Shown here piece by piece: positions 1 through 7,929 of a stretch of 64,000 bases of DNA. A program made the position numbers and the translations under genes. The stretch is from an uncultured Pseudohongiella sp. (GTDB lineage Bacteria > Pseudomonadota > Gammaproteobacteria > Pseudomonadales > Pseudohongiellaceae), in NCBI GenBank assembly GCA_965221015.1, contig OZ244859.1:922046-986045 (forward strand), written 5' to 3'. Positions within the stretch are counted from its first letter, which is position 1. Every line of letters starts with the position of its first letter. Under the pieces are notes generated by a model. The model searched no databases. It was not told the origin of the DNA and saw only the letters and a list, made by a program, of their open reading frames with translations.

Positions 1-1
1 A

Positions 2-418
2 TTGGGCGCGCTCGACCCGGACAGCATGGAAGTGCGCTACTTTGAAGTCCCCGACAACCGCACCCGCATCCGCCGCCTTGGCATCGACAGCAACGACATC
101 GTCTGGTTCGTCAACTCCTCCATGGGCAAAATCGGCCGGCTCGACCCGGCCACGGGCGAAATCACCCAGTGGGATTCACCCAGCGGGCCGGATTCGCATC
201 CCTACTCCCTGGCGGTGATCGACGACGTAATCTGGTACAACGAATCGGGCAAGCGCCCCGACGCCCTCGTGCGCTTCAATCCCCGCACCGAATCGTTCCA
301 GAGCTGGGCGATCCCCTCGGGCGTCGGCATTGTGCGCCACGTCTGGGTGACCGAAGACAACAACCTGCTCATCCACCAAAGCAGCTCCAACCAAATCGGC
401 CTGGTTAAAATCAACTAG
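2..418 (+). CDS. C-terminal fragment of a beta-propeller protein (Vgb/streptogramin-lyase-like blades). The 5' end lies outside the window.
   Basis: The frame is open from the window edge to TAG at 416-418. Repeated ~40-aa blades show patterns such as 'IGRLDPATGEITQW' and 'DDVIWYNE'. The family call is from motif memory only. Confidence 0.5.
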   Translation: MGALDPDSMEVRYFEVPDNRTRIRRLGIDSNDIVWFVNSSMGKIGRLDPATGEITQWDSPSGPDSHPYSLAVIDDVIWYNESGKRPDALVRFNPRTESFQSWAIPSGVGIVRHVWVTEDNNLLIHQSSSNQIGLVKIN

Positions 419-472
419 GGGCAGGGGAGTGGCCCCGCCCGCCCGCGGACCCGTTCGGAGCCACAGCGCGCT

Positions 473-1075
473 TCATTCCCCGTTAGCCGGATTCTGGGCC
501 AATCTGTCCTCAAGATTGCCGACCCGGGTCTCGACCCGCGCCGTGCGTTCGCGCAAGTCGCTTCTGTCCGCGCGAATCTGGGCCCTTTCCTCCCGCGCCT
601 GCTCGAACCGCTGGTCCATGCGATCTTCGGACTGCTCAATCCGCTGGTCCATGCGATCTTCGGACTGCTCGAACCGCTGGTCCATGCGTTCTTCGAACTG
701 CTCAATCCGCGCGTCCACGCGTTCTTCGGACTGCTCAAACCGCGCGTCCACGCGTTCTTCGGACTGCTCGAATCGCGCGTTCACGCGTTCTTCGAACTGA
801 GCGAACCGCTGGTCCATGCGTTCTTCGAACTTCTCAAACCGCGCGTTCACGCGTTCTTCGGACTGCTCGAAGCGCGCATCCACACTTTCCTCGGACTGCT
901 CGAACCGCGCATCCACGCGTTCTTCGGACAGCTCGAACCGTTCGTACACGCGATCAAACTGACGATTCATGCTGGAATACATCGCGCCCGTCAGCGCGAT
1001 CACACAAACCAGCAACACGTTCGGCGCCGAAGCCTTCGCCATCGCAATTGTCGATTCCAGGTTGGTCTCCATCAC
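473..1075 (-). CDS. Membrane-anchored hendecad (11-residue) repeat protein, paralog 1. It has ~11 repeat units.
   Basis: N-terminal hydrophobic segment APNVLLVCVIALTGAMY, then ERVDARFEQSE-type 11-aa units, then a conserved tail IRAD.SDLRERTARVETRVGNLEDRLA. The ORF-track start is GTG at 1075. A conserved ATG (METNLE) lies 3 nt downstream. Confidence 0.6.
   Translation of the reverse strand: MMETNLESTIAMAKASAPNVLLVCVIALTGAMYSSMNRQFDRVYERFELSEERVDARFEQSEESVDARFEQSEERVNARFEKFEERMDQRFAQFEERVNARFEQSEERVDARFEQSEERVDARIEQFEERMDQRFEQSEDRMDQRIEQSEDRMDQRFEQAREERAQIRADRSDLRERTARVETRVGNLEDRLAQNPANGE
605..967. repeat. 33-bp tandem repeat, 11 units, coding (inside paralog 1)
   Basis: I checked unit boundaries by position at 605, 638, 671 and 704. 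Unit consensus on the + strand is gaaccgcgcgtccacgcgttcttcggactgctc. The last unit is degenerate. Confidence 0.85.
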
Positions 1076-1115
1076 ATTAATCCATTCATTTTCCGATCCG
1101 CCATCTCACACTTCG

Positions 1116-1484
1116 TCAAATGGAGTCTGGGGCCAATCTGCCTTCAAGATTGCTGACCCGGGTCTCGACCCGCGCCGTGCGCTCCCGCAAGTCGCTTATG
1201 TCCGCGCGAATCTGGGCTCTTTCCTCCCGCGCCTGTTCGAACCGCTGGTCCATGCGATCTTCTAACTGTTCAAAGCGCGCGTTCACGCGTTCTTCGGACT
1301 GTTCGAAGCGCGCATCCACGCGTTCTTCGGACTGCTCGAACCGTTCGTACACGCGATCAAACTGACGATTCATGCTGGAATACATCGCGCCCGTCAGCGC
1401 GATCACACAAACCAGCAACACGTTCGGCGCCGAAGCCTTCGCCATCGCAATTGTCGATTCCAGGTTGGTCTCCATCGCTTTCAC
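1116..1484 (-). CDS. Membrane-anchored hendecad repeat protein, paralog 2. It has ~4 repeat units.
   Basis: The N-terminus MKAMETNLESTIAMAKASAPNVLLVCVIALTGAMYSSMNRQFDRVYERFE is identical to that of paralog 1. Four 33-bp units lie at 1239-1370, and the C-terminal tail is the same. The start is GTG at 1484, or ATG at 1475. Confidence 0.6.
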   Translation of the reverse strand: MKAMETNLESTIAMAKASAPNVLLVCVIALTGAMYSSMNRQFDRVYERFEQSEERVDARFEQSEERVNARFEQLEDRMDQRFEQAREERAQIRADISDLRERTARVETRVSNLEGRLAPDSI

Positions 1485-1546
1485 CCCATCATTCCCTCAT
1501 TTCATATCCCATGCCCCCGAAAACCGTGGGGAGCCTGCAGAAAACC

Positions 1547-1576
1547 ATTGTAGAAACGAAAATTCGGCAATGCCAA
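1547..1576 (-). promoter_or_regulatory. Sigma70-like promoter candidate for paralog 2 (TTGGCA-N18-TACAAT)
   Basis: The -35 ttggca is the reverse complement of 1571-1576. The -10 tacaat is the reverse complement of 1547-1552. The spacer is 18 nt. The same arrangement is conserved upstream of paralog 3. Confidence 0.45.
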
Positions 1577-1625
1577 GTTTTCGGCGAAAATAATCGATGG
1601 CCGATGCGACCCTCGCCCCACAAAT

Positions 1626-2075
1626 TCACTCTCCGTTGACCGGTATCTGGGCCAATCTGTCCTCAAGATTGCCGACCCGGGTCTCGACCCGCGCGGTGCG
1701 CTCCCGCAAATCGCTTATGTCCGCGCGAATCTGAGCCCTTTCCTCCCGCGCCTGCGCGAGTTGCTGTTCGATACGTTCGAAGCGCTCGTCGATACGCGCG
1801 AATTGCGAGTTGATGCGCTCGAACTCCGCGTCCATGCGCGCGAACCCCGCGTCCATGCGCGCGTCCATTCGGTCGAGCCGCTGATCAATCTGCTCGATCC
1901 GGCGGTCCATCCGCTCTTCCAAACGCTCGAACCGTTCGTCCATGCTGTCAAACTGCCGATTCATGCTTGAATACATCGCGCCCGTCAGCGCGATCACACA
2001 AACCAGCAACACATTCGGCGCCGATGCCTTCGCCATCGCAATCGTCGTTTCCAATTTGGTCTCCATCGCTTTCAT
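1626..2075 (-). CDS. Membrane-anchored hendecad repeat protein, paralog 3. Its repeats are more diverged.
   Basis: I trimmed the 235-aa track ORF (1626..2333) to the ATG at 2075, giving MKAMETKLETTIAMAKAS..., because this aligns with the starts of paralogs 1 and 2. The repeats are MDERFERLEERMDRRIEQIDQRLDRMDARMD..., with the same C-terminal tail. Confidence 0.6.
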   Translation of the reverse strand: MKAMETKLETTIAMAKASAPNVLLVCVIALTGAMYSSMNRQFDSMDERFERLEERMDRRIEQIDQRLDRMDARMDAGFARMDAEFERINSQFARIDERFERIEQQLAQAREERAQIRADISDLRERTARVETRVGNLEDRLAQIPVNGE

Positions 2076-2130
2076 TCCGTCATTCCATATCCCGCGCCCC
2101 CGAAAACCGTGGGGGAGCCCACTGAAAACC

Positions 2131-2160
2131 AGTATAGAAACGCAATTGAGGCAATGCCAA
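2131..2160 (-). promoter_or_regulatory. Sigma70-like promoter candidate for paralog 3 (TTGGCA-N18-TATACT)
   Basis: The -35 is the reverse complement of 2155-2160. The -10 is the reverse complement of 2131-2136. The spacer is 18 nt. The downstream leader is homologous to that of paralog 2. Confidence 0.45.
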
Positions 2161-2311
2161 ATTTTCGGCGAAATTAATTCATGGCCGCCGAGATTTCGCG
2201 CGAAACGCCGCCCGCGCCAAGCAGTTCTTGACAATGACGCGGCCAAAGTCCATTTTTGTCGCCCCAAAGGCAATCCAACCGCAACATTCTCCAGATTCCG
2301 CGAGGTGTACG

Positions 2312-3481
2312 ATGAAAAAGACCTGTCCAACAAGCGTCACAGCCAGCTTCATGGCCAAGGCCGGCACCGCGGCCATGCTCTCATCCCTGCTCGCCGCGAC
2401 AGCCCTGGCCCAGCCGCCACGGCCCGGCGCCGTATATCCGGCGGCCCACGCCGGCCAGCAGCCGGTCAACAATCTGCCCAACCCCTATGAGACCCAGCGC
2501 GATTTCGGCACCTTGCCCGACGGCCGCATCTGGGGATCGGTAAGCGCCGTCAACATCGACATAGACGGCGTCCACGTCTGGGCCGGCGACCGTTGCGGCA
2601 CCAACTCCTGCGCGACTTCGAGCGTGGACCCGATCGTCAAGCTCGACCCCAACGGCCGCGTCGTGCAGTCCTTCGGCGGCGGCCTCATCATCTGGCCCCA
2701 CGGCATCGACGTCGACAGCGAAGGCAATGTCTGGATCGCCGACGCGCGCCTGGCCAACGAAAACGAGCTGGCGGAAAATCCCGCCGCGGCCAACCACGGC
2801 AGCGCGGTGCTTAAATTCAGCCCCGATGGCGAGTTGCTGATGACCCTCGGCACCCCCGGCGAAATGGGCGACCCGCCAACGCATTTCACCGAGCCCAACG
2901 ACGTGCTGGTGGCGCCCAACGGCAACATCTTCGTGGCCGAAACCCACAGCGCCCAATTCCAGAACGAGCCCGGCCCCAACGCCAAGAGCCGCATCTCGAT
3001 CTTCGCTCCCGACGGCAGCTTCATCAAAAGCTTCGGCCAATGGGGCTTCGAAGACGGCGAGTTCCGTTCCCCCCATTCCCTGGCGATGGACTCCCAGGGC
3101 CGCCTGTTCGTGGCCGACCGCGGCAACAACCGCATCCAGATTTTCGACCAGGAAGGCGAACATCTGGACACCTGGTACCAGTTCAGCCGCATCAGCGGCA
3201 TCTACATCGACCGCGGCAACGACATGCTGTACGCGATCGATTCCGAGTCCGACCCGAACTACAACCCAGGCGGCTGGCGCAAGGGCCTGCGCGTGGGCAA
3301 CGCGCGCAACGGCCAGGTGCTGTATTTTGTGCCCGAGCATGTTTCCGAACGGTCCTCGGGCATGGGCGGAACCGGCTCGATGGGTGAGGGCGTCACCGTC
3401 GACCGCGACGGCAACGTCTACGCCGGCGAAGTCGGCCCAATCCGCGGCATGACCAAATTCGTGCCCAGGCTCAGCCCCTGA
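2312..3481 (+). CDS. Secreted NHL-repeat / six-bladed beta-propeller protein
   Basis: The start was moved to ATG 2312 (MKKTCPTSV...LLAATALAQ, signal-like). NHL-type blades are visible: 'PHGIDVDSEGNVWIAD', 'PNDVLVAPNGNIFVAE', 'PHSLAMDSQGRLFVADRGNNRIQIF', 'GVTVDRDGNVYAGE'. Confidence 0.75.
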   Translation: MKKTCPTSVTASFMAKAGTAAMLSSLLAATALAQPPRPGAVYPAAHAGQQPVNNLPNPYETQRDFGTLPDGRIWGSVSAVNIDIDGVHVWAGDRCGTNSCATSSVDPIVKLDPNGRVVQSFGGGLIIWPHGIDVDSEGNVWIADARLANENELAENPAAANHGSAVLKFSPDGELLMTLGTPGEMGDPPTHFTEPNDVLVAPNGNIFVAETHSAQFQNEPGPNAKSRISIFAPDGSFIKSFGQWGFEDGEFRSPHSLAMDSQGRLFVADRGNNRIQIFDQEGEHLDTWYQFSRISGIYIDRGNDMLYAIDSESDPNYNPGGWRKGLRVGNARNGQVLYFVPEHVSERSSGMGGTGSMGEGVTVDRDGNVYAGEVGPIRGMTKFVPRLSP

Positions 3482-3487
3482 CCCGGC

Positions 3488-3522
3488 GCGGGCGCCGGCA
3501 ATAGAAAACCGCCGGCGCCCGC
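3488..3522 (+). terminator. GC-rich hairpin after the NHL gene (12-bp perfect stem, 11-nt loop, no U-tract)
   Basis: gcgggcgccggc (3488-3499) pairs perfectly with gccggcgcccgc (3511-3522). It starts 7 nt after the stop codon. Confidence 0.35.
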
Positions 3523-3599
3523 CGCTAAACGAATTCGCGGCTGGCGCGGCCGGCGCGGCTGGCGCGACTGGCACACGAATCAATCGGAAGGAATCGACT

Positions 3600-4856
3600 T
3601 TGGCTTATTTGCAGGCGACGCTGGGAATTTTCGCCTTCATCGGCATCGCCGTCGCTTGCAGCGACGAGCGCCGGCTGCCAGGCTGGCGCCTCGTCGCCGG
3701 CGGCCTTGGCCTGCAATTCCTGTTCGCCTGGCTGGTGTTCCGCTTCGAACTCGTCCAGGCGGGGCTGCGCGGCATCAATCAACTCGTGCAAACCATCACC
3801 GCCGCGGTGGAAACCGGCAGTACTTTCGTCTTCGGTTATCTCGGCGGCGACCCGGCCAACGTCGCCTATCCGTTCGAGCTGAGCGACGCCAACGCCAGCG
3901 TCATCCTCGCCTTCCGCATCCTGCCACTGATTCTGTTTGTGACCGCATTTTCCGCCGTGCTCTGGCATTTGCGCGTTTTGCCCGTCCTGGTGCGCGCCTT
4001 CTCCCTGGTGTTGCGGCGCGGGCTGGGCGTGGGCGGCGCGGTGGGATTGTCCGCCGCGGCCAATGTCTTCATGGGCATGGTGGAATCGCCGGCCCTGATC
4101 CGGCCCTGCCTGCGCTCGCTCACCCGCAGCGAATTGTTCATCATCATGACCTGCGGCATGGCCACCGTCGCCGGCAGCGTGCTGGTGCTGTACTCGGTCG
4201 TGCTGCAAGGCGTGCTCGACAACGCCCTCGGCCACGTGCTCACCGCCTCGGTGATCAGCGCCCCGGCCGCCATCATGTTCGCGCTGGTCATGGTGCCGGA
4301 GAACGGCGAGAGTCAAGCCGACGAAGTGGAATTGCGCAGCGGTTACCAAAGCATCATGGACGCCGTCACCCAAGGCACCGGCGACGGCCTGCGCCTGATG
4401 CTCAATGTCGGCGCGATGTTGATCGTGCTCATCGCCCTGGTGGCGCTGGTCAACAGCCTGCTGGCGCTGCTGCCCGAAATCGGCGGGCAGAGCATCAGCT
4501 TGCAGGGGCTGTTCGGCTGGTTGTTCGCGCCGCTGGTCTGGCTGATGGGCATTCCCTGGAGCGAAGCGCCCGTGGCCGGCGGCCTGATGGGAACCAAAAC
4601 CGTGCTGAACGAGTTGCTCGCATACTTCGCGCTGGCCGAGTTGCCCGCCGGAGCGCTAAGCGAACGTTCCACCGTGATCCTCACCTACGCCCTTTGCGGC
4701 TTCGCCAATTTCGGCAGCCTCGGCATCATGATCGCCGGCCTCAGCGGCATGTGCCCGGAACGCGCCGGCGAAGTCGTCGAACTCGCCATGCCCGCCCTCA
4801 TTTCAGGCACCCTCGCCACCTGCATGACCGGCACCGTCGCGGGATTGCTTGTTTGA
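3600..4856 (+). CDS. NupC/CNT-family concentrative nucleoside transporter
   Basis: 418-aa polytopic membrane protein with a TTG start. Conserved CNT-type stretches include 'GSTFVFGYLGG', 'FAFRILPLILFV', 'GMATVAGSVL' and 'YALCGFANFGSLGI'. Confidence 0.8.
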   Translation: MAYLQATLGIFAFIGIAVACSDERRLPGWRLVAGGLGLQFLFAWLVFRFELVQAGLRGINQLVQTITAAVETGSTFVFGYLGGDPANVAYPFELSDANASVILAFRILPLILFVTAFSAVLWHLRVLPVLVRAFSLVLRRGLGVGGAVGLSAAANVFMGMVESPALIRPCLRSLTRSELFIIMTCGMATVAGSVLVLYSVVLQGVLDNALGHVLTASVISAPAAIMFALVMVPENGESQADEVELRSGYQSIMDAVTQGTGDGLRLMLNVGAMLIVLIALVALVNSLLALLPEIGGQSISLQGLFGWLFAPLVWLMGIPWSEAPVAGGLMGTKTVLNELLAYFALAELPAGALSERSTVILTYALCGFANFGSLGIMIAGLSGMCPERAGEVVELAMPALISGTLATCMTGTVAGLLV

Positions 4857-4893
4857 GACTATGCCAGCGCCTTGCCAAAGCAACCAATGCCGC

Positions 4894-4913
4894 GGGCGGG
4901 GAATTTCCCGCCC
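4894..4913. terminator. Short hairpin between convergent genes (gggcggg-gaattt-cccgccc)
   Basis: A 7-bp stem lies in the 100-bp gap between the NupC stop (4856) and the M28 peptidase stop (4957). Confidence 0.3.
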
Positions 4914-4956
4914 TGGCTGAAGATTTCAAGAATCCATGGAGTAAATTCCGGCTCGT

Positions 4957-6681
4957 TCAATTGCGCGCGTCCGCGCTCGCCTCGCGCGCTTCCTTGAACT
5001 CGTTGCCTTCGTACCAGGCCGGCCAGCTGGAACCGTTCGCCAACCGCCGGCCGACTTCGAAATACAGCATCACGTCTTCCGCCGCGCCGCTGAGATCCCA
5101 TTCCGGGTCGTACTCGTCGCCGGGGGCGTGGTAGCGGTTGGCGACGTAGTCCTCGCTTCGTTCCACGCCCCAGGCATTGCCGTATTCGCGGCTGTCCGTG
5201 CCGCCTTCGGCGTACAGCCCGGGTACCCCGGCGCGGGCGAACATGAAATGGTCCGAGCGGTAATAAAATCCGCGCTCCGGCGTCGGTTCCGGGACGATGA
5301 CGCGATCCTGGGCCGCGGCCGCCTCGGCAAGATAATCTTCCAGCTCGCTGGCGCCATAGCCGATCACCACCACATCGCGCACCCGGCCCCAGGTGTTCAA
5401 GGCGTCCATATTGATGTTCGCCACCGTGGTTTCCAGCGGATACACCGGATGCTCCACATACCATTGCGAACCCAGCAGGCCCGACTCTTCCGCCGTCACC
5501 GCCAGAAAGACCACGCTGCGCTCCGGCGGCGCCGGCTGCGCCAGAAACAACTCGGCCAGGGCGAGCAACGCGCCGGTGCCCGTGGCGTTGTCCACCGCGC
5601 CGTTCCAGATGTTGTCGCCTTCCATGTCGGCCACCATGCCGAGATGGTCCCAGTGCGCGGTGTAAACAATGGCTTCTTCCGGCCGCGAAGCGCCGGGAAT
5701 CGCGGCGATCACATTGTGCGAACTTGAGCCGCGCACCGCGGTTTCCAGCGCCATGCTGGCGCGAATATCGCCCAGCGGCACGGCGCTGAAGCCCGGCGCC
5801 GCCGCTTGCGCCTTCATTTCCGCGTAATCCATTCCGGCCGCCGCGAACAGCGCGTTCGCGGTCTCCAGCGTGAGCCAGCCCTCGATGGGGGCGAGATGCG
5901 CGTTGTCGTTCTCCGCCGCCAGCGTGATTTGCGGGCCGGACCAGCTATTGTCCACCACGTCCCAGCCGTAGCCCGCCGGCCCCGTCTCGTGCACGATCAA
6001 AATGCCCGCCGCGCCTTGGCGCGCCGCTTCCTCGAACTTGTACATCCAGCGGCCATACCAGGTCATCGCGTTGCCGTTGAACAGCGCCGGGTCCTGGGTG
6101 GCGTAGCCCGGGTCGTTCACCAGCACCACAACCGTCTTGCCCGTGGCATCCACCTCCGCATAATCGTTCCAGCCGCGCTCCGGCGCGTTGATGCCATAGC
6201 CGACGAAAACCACTTCGCTGTCTTCCACCACAATCGGCGAGTTGTGGTGGCGGCTGCCAATCACCATTTCCGTTTTGTACGCGGGGCTGGCGTCGAATGC
6301 GCCGCTGAATTGCAGCACCGGCGTCGAAGTGGCGGTGATTTCCACCACATCCACCTGCTGCGTGTACGCCTCGCCATTGCCCGGCCCCACGCCAAGGGCG
6401 CTGAACTGCTCCGTCAAATACGCAATCGTGCGCCGCCCGCCGGCAGTGGCCGGCGCGCGCCCTTCAAACGCATCCGAGGCAAGCACCGCCGTATGCTCAT
6501 GCAGCACCTGTGCAATCCGCTCCAGCCCAACCGCCGGCGCCGCCGCGCCTTCCACCAAAGCCGCACCCGCCGCCTCCGGCGCCGCCACGCTCCCCATCGC
6601 AGGCGCACTGTCCACCCCCGATTCCCCGCAAGCGGCCAACAAAAGCAAAACCCCCAACACCCCCACCAACCGAGCTTTCAT
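4957..6681 (-). CDS. M28-family metallopeptidase (aminopeptidase) with PA domain; probable lipoprotein
   Basis: The start was trimmed to ATG 6681 (MKARLVGVLGVLLLLAACGE, a lipobox-like LAAC). M28 signatures are 'HWDHLGM', 'NGAVDNATGTGALLALAE' and 'FLAVTAEESGLLGSQ'. Confidence 0.8.
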   Translation of the reverse strand: MKARLVGVLGVLLLLAACGESGVDSAPAMGSVAAPEAAGAALVEGAAAPAVGLERIAQVLHEHTAVLASDAFEGRAPATAGGRRTIAYLTEQFSALGVGPGNGEAYTQQVDVVEITATSTPVLQFSGAFDASPAYKTEMVIGSRHHNSPIVVEDSEVVFVGYGINAPERGWNDYAEVDATGKTVVVLVNDPGYATQDPALFNGNAMTWYGRWMYKFEEAARQGAAGILIVHETGPAGYGWDVVDNSWSGPQITLAAENDNAHLAPIEGWLTLETANALFAAAGMDYAEMKAQAAAPGFSAVPLGDIRASMALETAVRGSSSHNVIAAIPGASRPEEAIVYTAHWDHLGMVADMEGDNIWNGAVDNATGTGALLALAELFLAQPAPPERSVVFLAVTAEESGLLGSQWYVEHPVYPLETTVANINMDALNTWGRVRDVVVIGYGASELEDYLAEAAAAQDRVIVPEPTPERGFYYRSDHFMFARAGVPGLYAEGGTDSREYGNAWGVERSEDYVANRYHAPGDEYDPEWDLSGAAEDVMLYFEVGRRLANGSSWPAWYEGNEFKEAREASADARN

Positions 6682-6968
6682 ACCAACCTCCAACCACCAC
6701 GCCAATCCCAAAATTATAGCACTCTCCAAACTCCCCCCTTGAGGGGTGAGGCCCTAAGAAAGCGCAGCTTTCTTAGGGCCGAACGACCCGACAGGATGTC
6801 GGGGCTGGGGGTAATCGAAGCCGAAATTCCCGCGCCAGGGATGGCAAGCACAATCCACCAGAATCCAATTGCAGATTCTGCGACTCCGCTTCGCTCCGCG
6901 CAGAATGACGTGGATTGGGCTTCACGTCATTGCAGAATGACGAGAGGTAGGGGTCGCCCGTAATGCCA

Positions 6969-7107
6969 GGGTCCGCGGGCGGGCGGGGCTTTGCGCGTCG
7001 TAGAGGCGGAGCGTCACAGGGACGTGTTAAGCGACGCCGATTCGATTCCCGGCTCGACAGGATGTCGAGCCGGGATTTAGCGCAAAGCCCCGCCCGCCCG
7101 CGGACCC
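6969..7107. repeat. 139-bp MITE-like palindromic element, copy 1 (28-bp terminal inverted repeats)
   Basis: Left arm gggtccgcgggcgggcggggctttgcgc (6969-6996) pairs with right arm gcgcaaagccccgcccgcccgcggaccc (7080-7107). There is an internal 9-bp hairpin, ggctcgaca-gga-tgtcgagcc. Confidence 0.8.
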
Positions 7108-7263
7108 GATCGAAGCCGAATTCCCCGCGCCAGGGATGGCAAGCACAATCCACCAGAATCCAATTGCAGATTCTGCGACTCCGCTTCGCTCCGCGCAGAA
7201 TGACGTGGATTGGGCTTCACGTCATTGCAGAATGACGAGAGGTAGGGGTCGCCCGTAATGCCA

Positions 7264-7402
7264 GGGTCCGCGGGCGGGCGGGGCTTTGCGCGTCGTAGAG
7301 GCGGAGCGTCACAGGGACGTGTTAAGCGACGCCGATTCGATTCCCGGCTCGACAGGATGTCGAGCCGGGATTTAGCGCAAAGCCCCGCCCGACTGCGGGC
7401 CC
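7264..7402. repeat. 139-bp MITE-like palindromic element, copy 2 (right arm degenerate)
   Basis: It has the same sequence as copy 1, shifted by 295 bp. The right arm reads cgcaaagccccgcccgactgcgggcccgg. Confidence 0.75.
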
Positions 7403-7431
7403 GGTCGAAGCCAACGCGCCACAAAACCACA

Positions 7432-7929
7432 TCAATCAATAATCTCCTCCCTGCGCGGCAAATCCCTTCCCCGGGGCCCATCGCGACCCGCCCGCGGCGG
7501 CCCGCCCCGGCGCACAAACTCCCGCGCCGCGAGCCTTTCCTCCGGGCTCAAGCGCGCCAGAATCTCCACCATCTGCTCATGCGACAGCGTCTGGTACGCC
7601 ATGCTCAACTCGCGCAAGCGCGCCAGCGCCTCCGCCAGCGCTTCGGGGTCGAAATTCTCATCCCCAATCAATTCGTTCACCTGCCGCTGCGCGCGAAACA
7701 TCTCGCGCCGCGCCGGCCGCGCCGATGCAATACCCTCCCGCGCCACCGGCTCCAGCTCCGCGCGCCGCGATTCGGGCAAATCCCGCAAAATCCAGCCCGT
7801 CGAAGGCGGCAGCAGCGACTGCGCGTAATCCCGCCCATTCACCATCCGCCAGCCCATGCCCCCCAGCCAAAACAGATTCAGCGCCAGCGACGCCAGCAGC
7901 GCAATCATCAGCAAACCGCGTTTATTCAT
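7432..7929 (-). CDS. CpxP/Spy/ZraP-like periplasmic protein ('periplasmic heavy-metal sensor' type)
   Basis: The start was trimmed to ATG 7929 (MNKRGLLMIALLASLALNLF, a signal/anchor). The rest is helical with LxxxQ/R-type motifs (LPESRRAEL, LSPEERLAAREF). It overlaps the upstream gene by 8 nt (ATGAATAA). Confidence 0.55.
   Translation of the reverse strand: MNKRGLLMIALLASLALNLFWLGGMGWRMVNGRDYAQSLLPPSTGWILRDLPESRRAELEPVAREGIASARPARREMFRAQRQVNELIGDENFDPEALAEALARLRELSMAYQTLSHEQMVEILARLSPEERLAAREFVRRGGPPRAGRDGPRGRDLPRREEIID

Larger units (their letters stand above)
6733..7431. repeat. BIME/REP-like mosaic of palindromic modules, including a 295-bp unit present twice in tandem
   Basis: The second copy starts 295 bp after the first (compare the identical track ORFs starting at 6963 and 7258). 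Module order is D(ctccccccttgagggg)-E-C-B-A-C-B-A. See findings. Confidence 0.85.

Noticed and set aside
2228-2311. Upstream extension of the NHL-repeat gene (MTMTRPKSIFVAPKAIQPQHSPDSARCT).
   Set aside because: The signal-peptide-like segment follows the internal ATG at 2312, and the extension would bury it. The exact start remains uncertain; ATG at 2351 (MAKAGTAAML) is another option.
1626-2333. Full 235-aa track ORF for hendecad paralog 3, including an 86-aa N-terminal extension.
   Set aside because: The extension has no counterpart in paralogs 1 and 2. It also overlaps the conserved promoter and leader region. The homologous start (MKAMETKLE) is at 2075.
3656-5134. 492-aa Arg-rich + strand ORF overlapping the NupC-type transporter. 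Also 3525..4373 (-).
   Set aside because: These are alternative-frame artefacts. The 3600..4856 frame gives a coherent polytopic CNT-family protein, whereas these give RRR/PRR-rich low-complexity sequence.
5806-6963. 385-aa + strand ORF antisense to the M28 peptidase. Also 5128..5727 (+) and 4859..5464 (-).
   Set aside because: They have no motifs and a highly basic composition. The opposite strand encodes a clear M28 peptidase.
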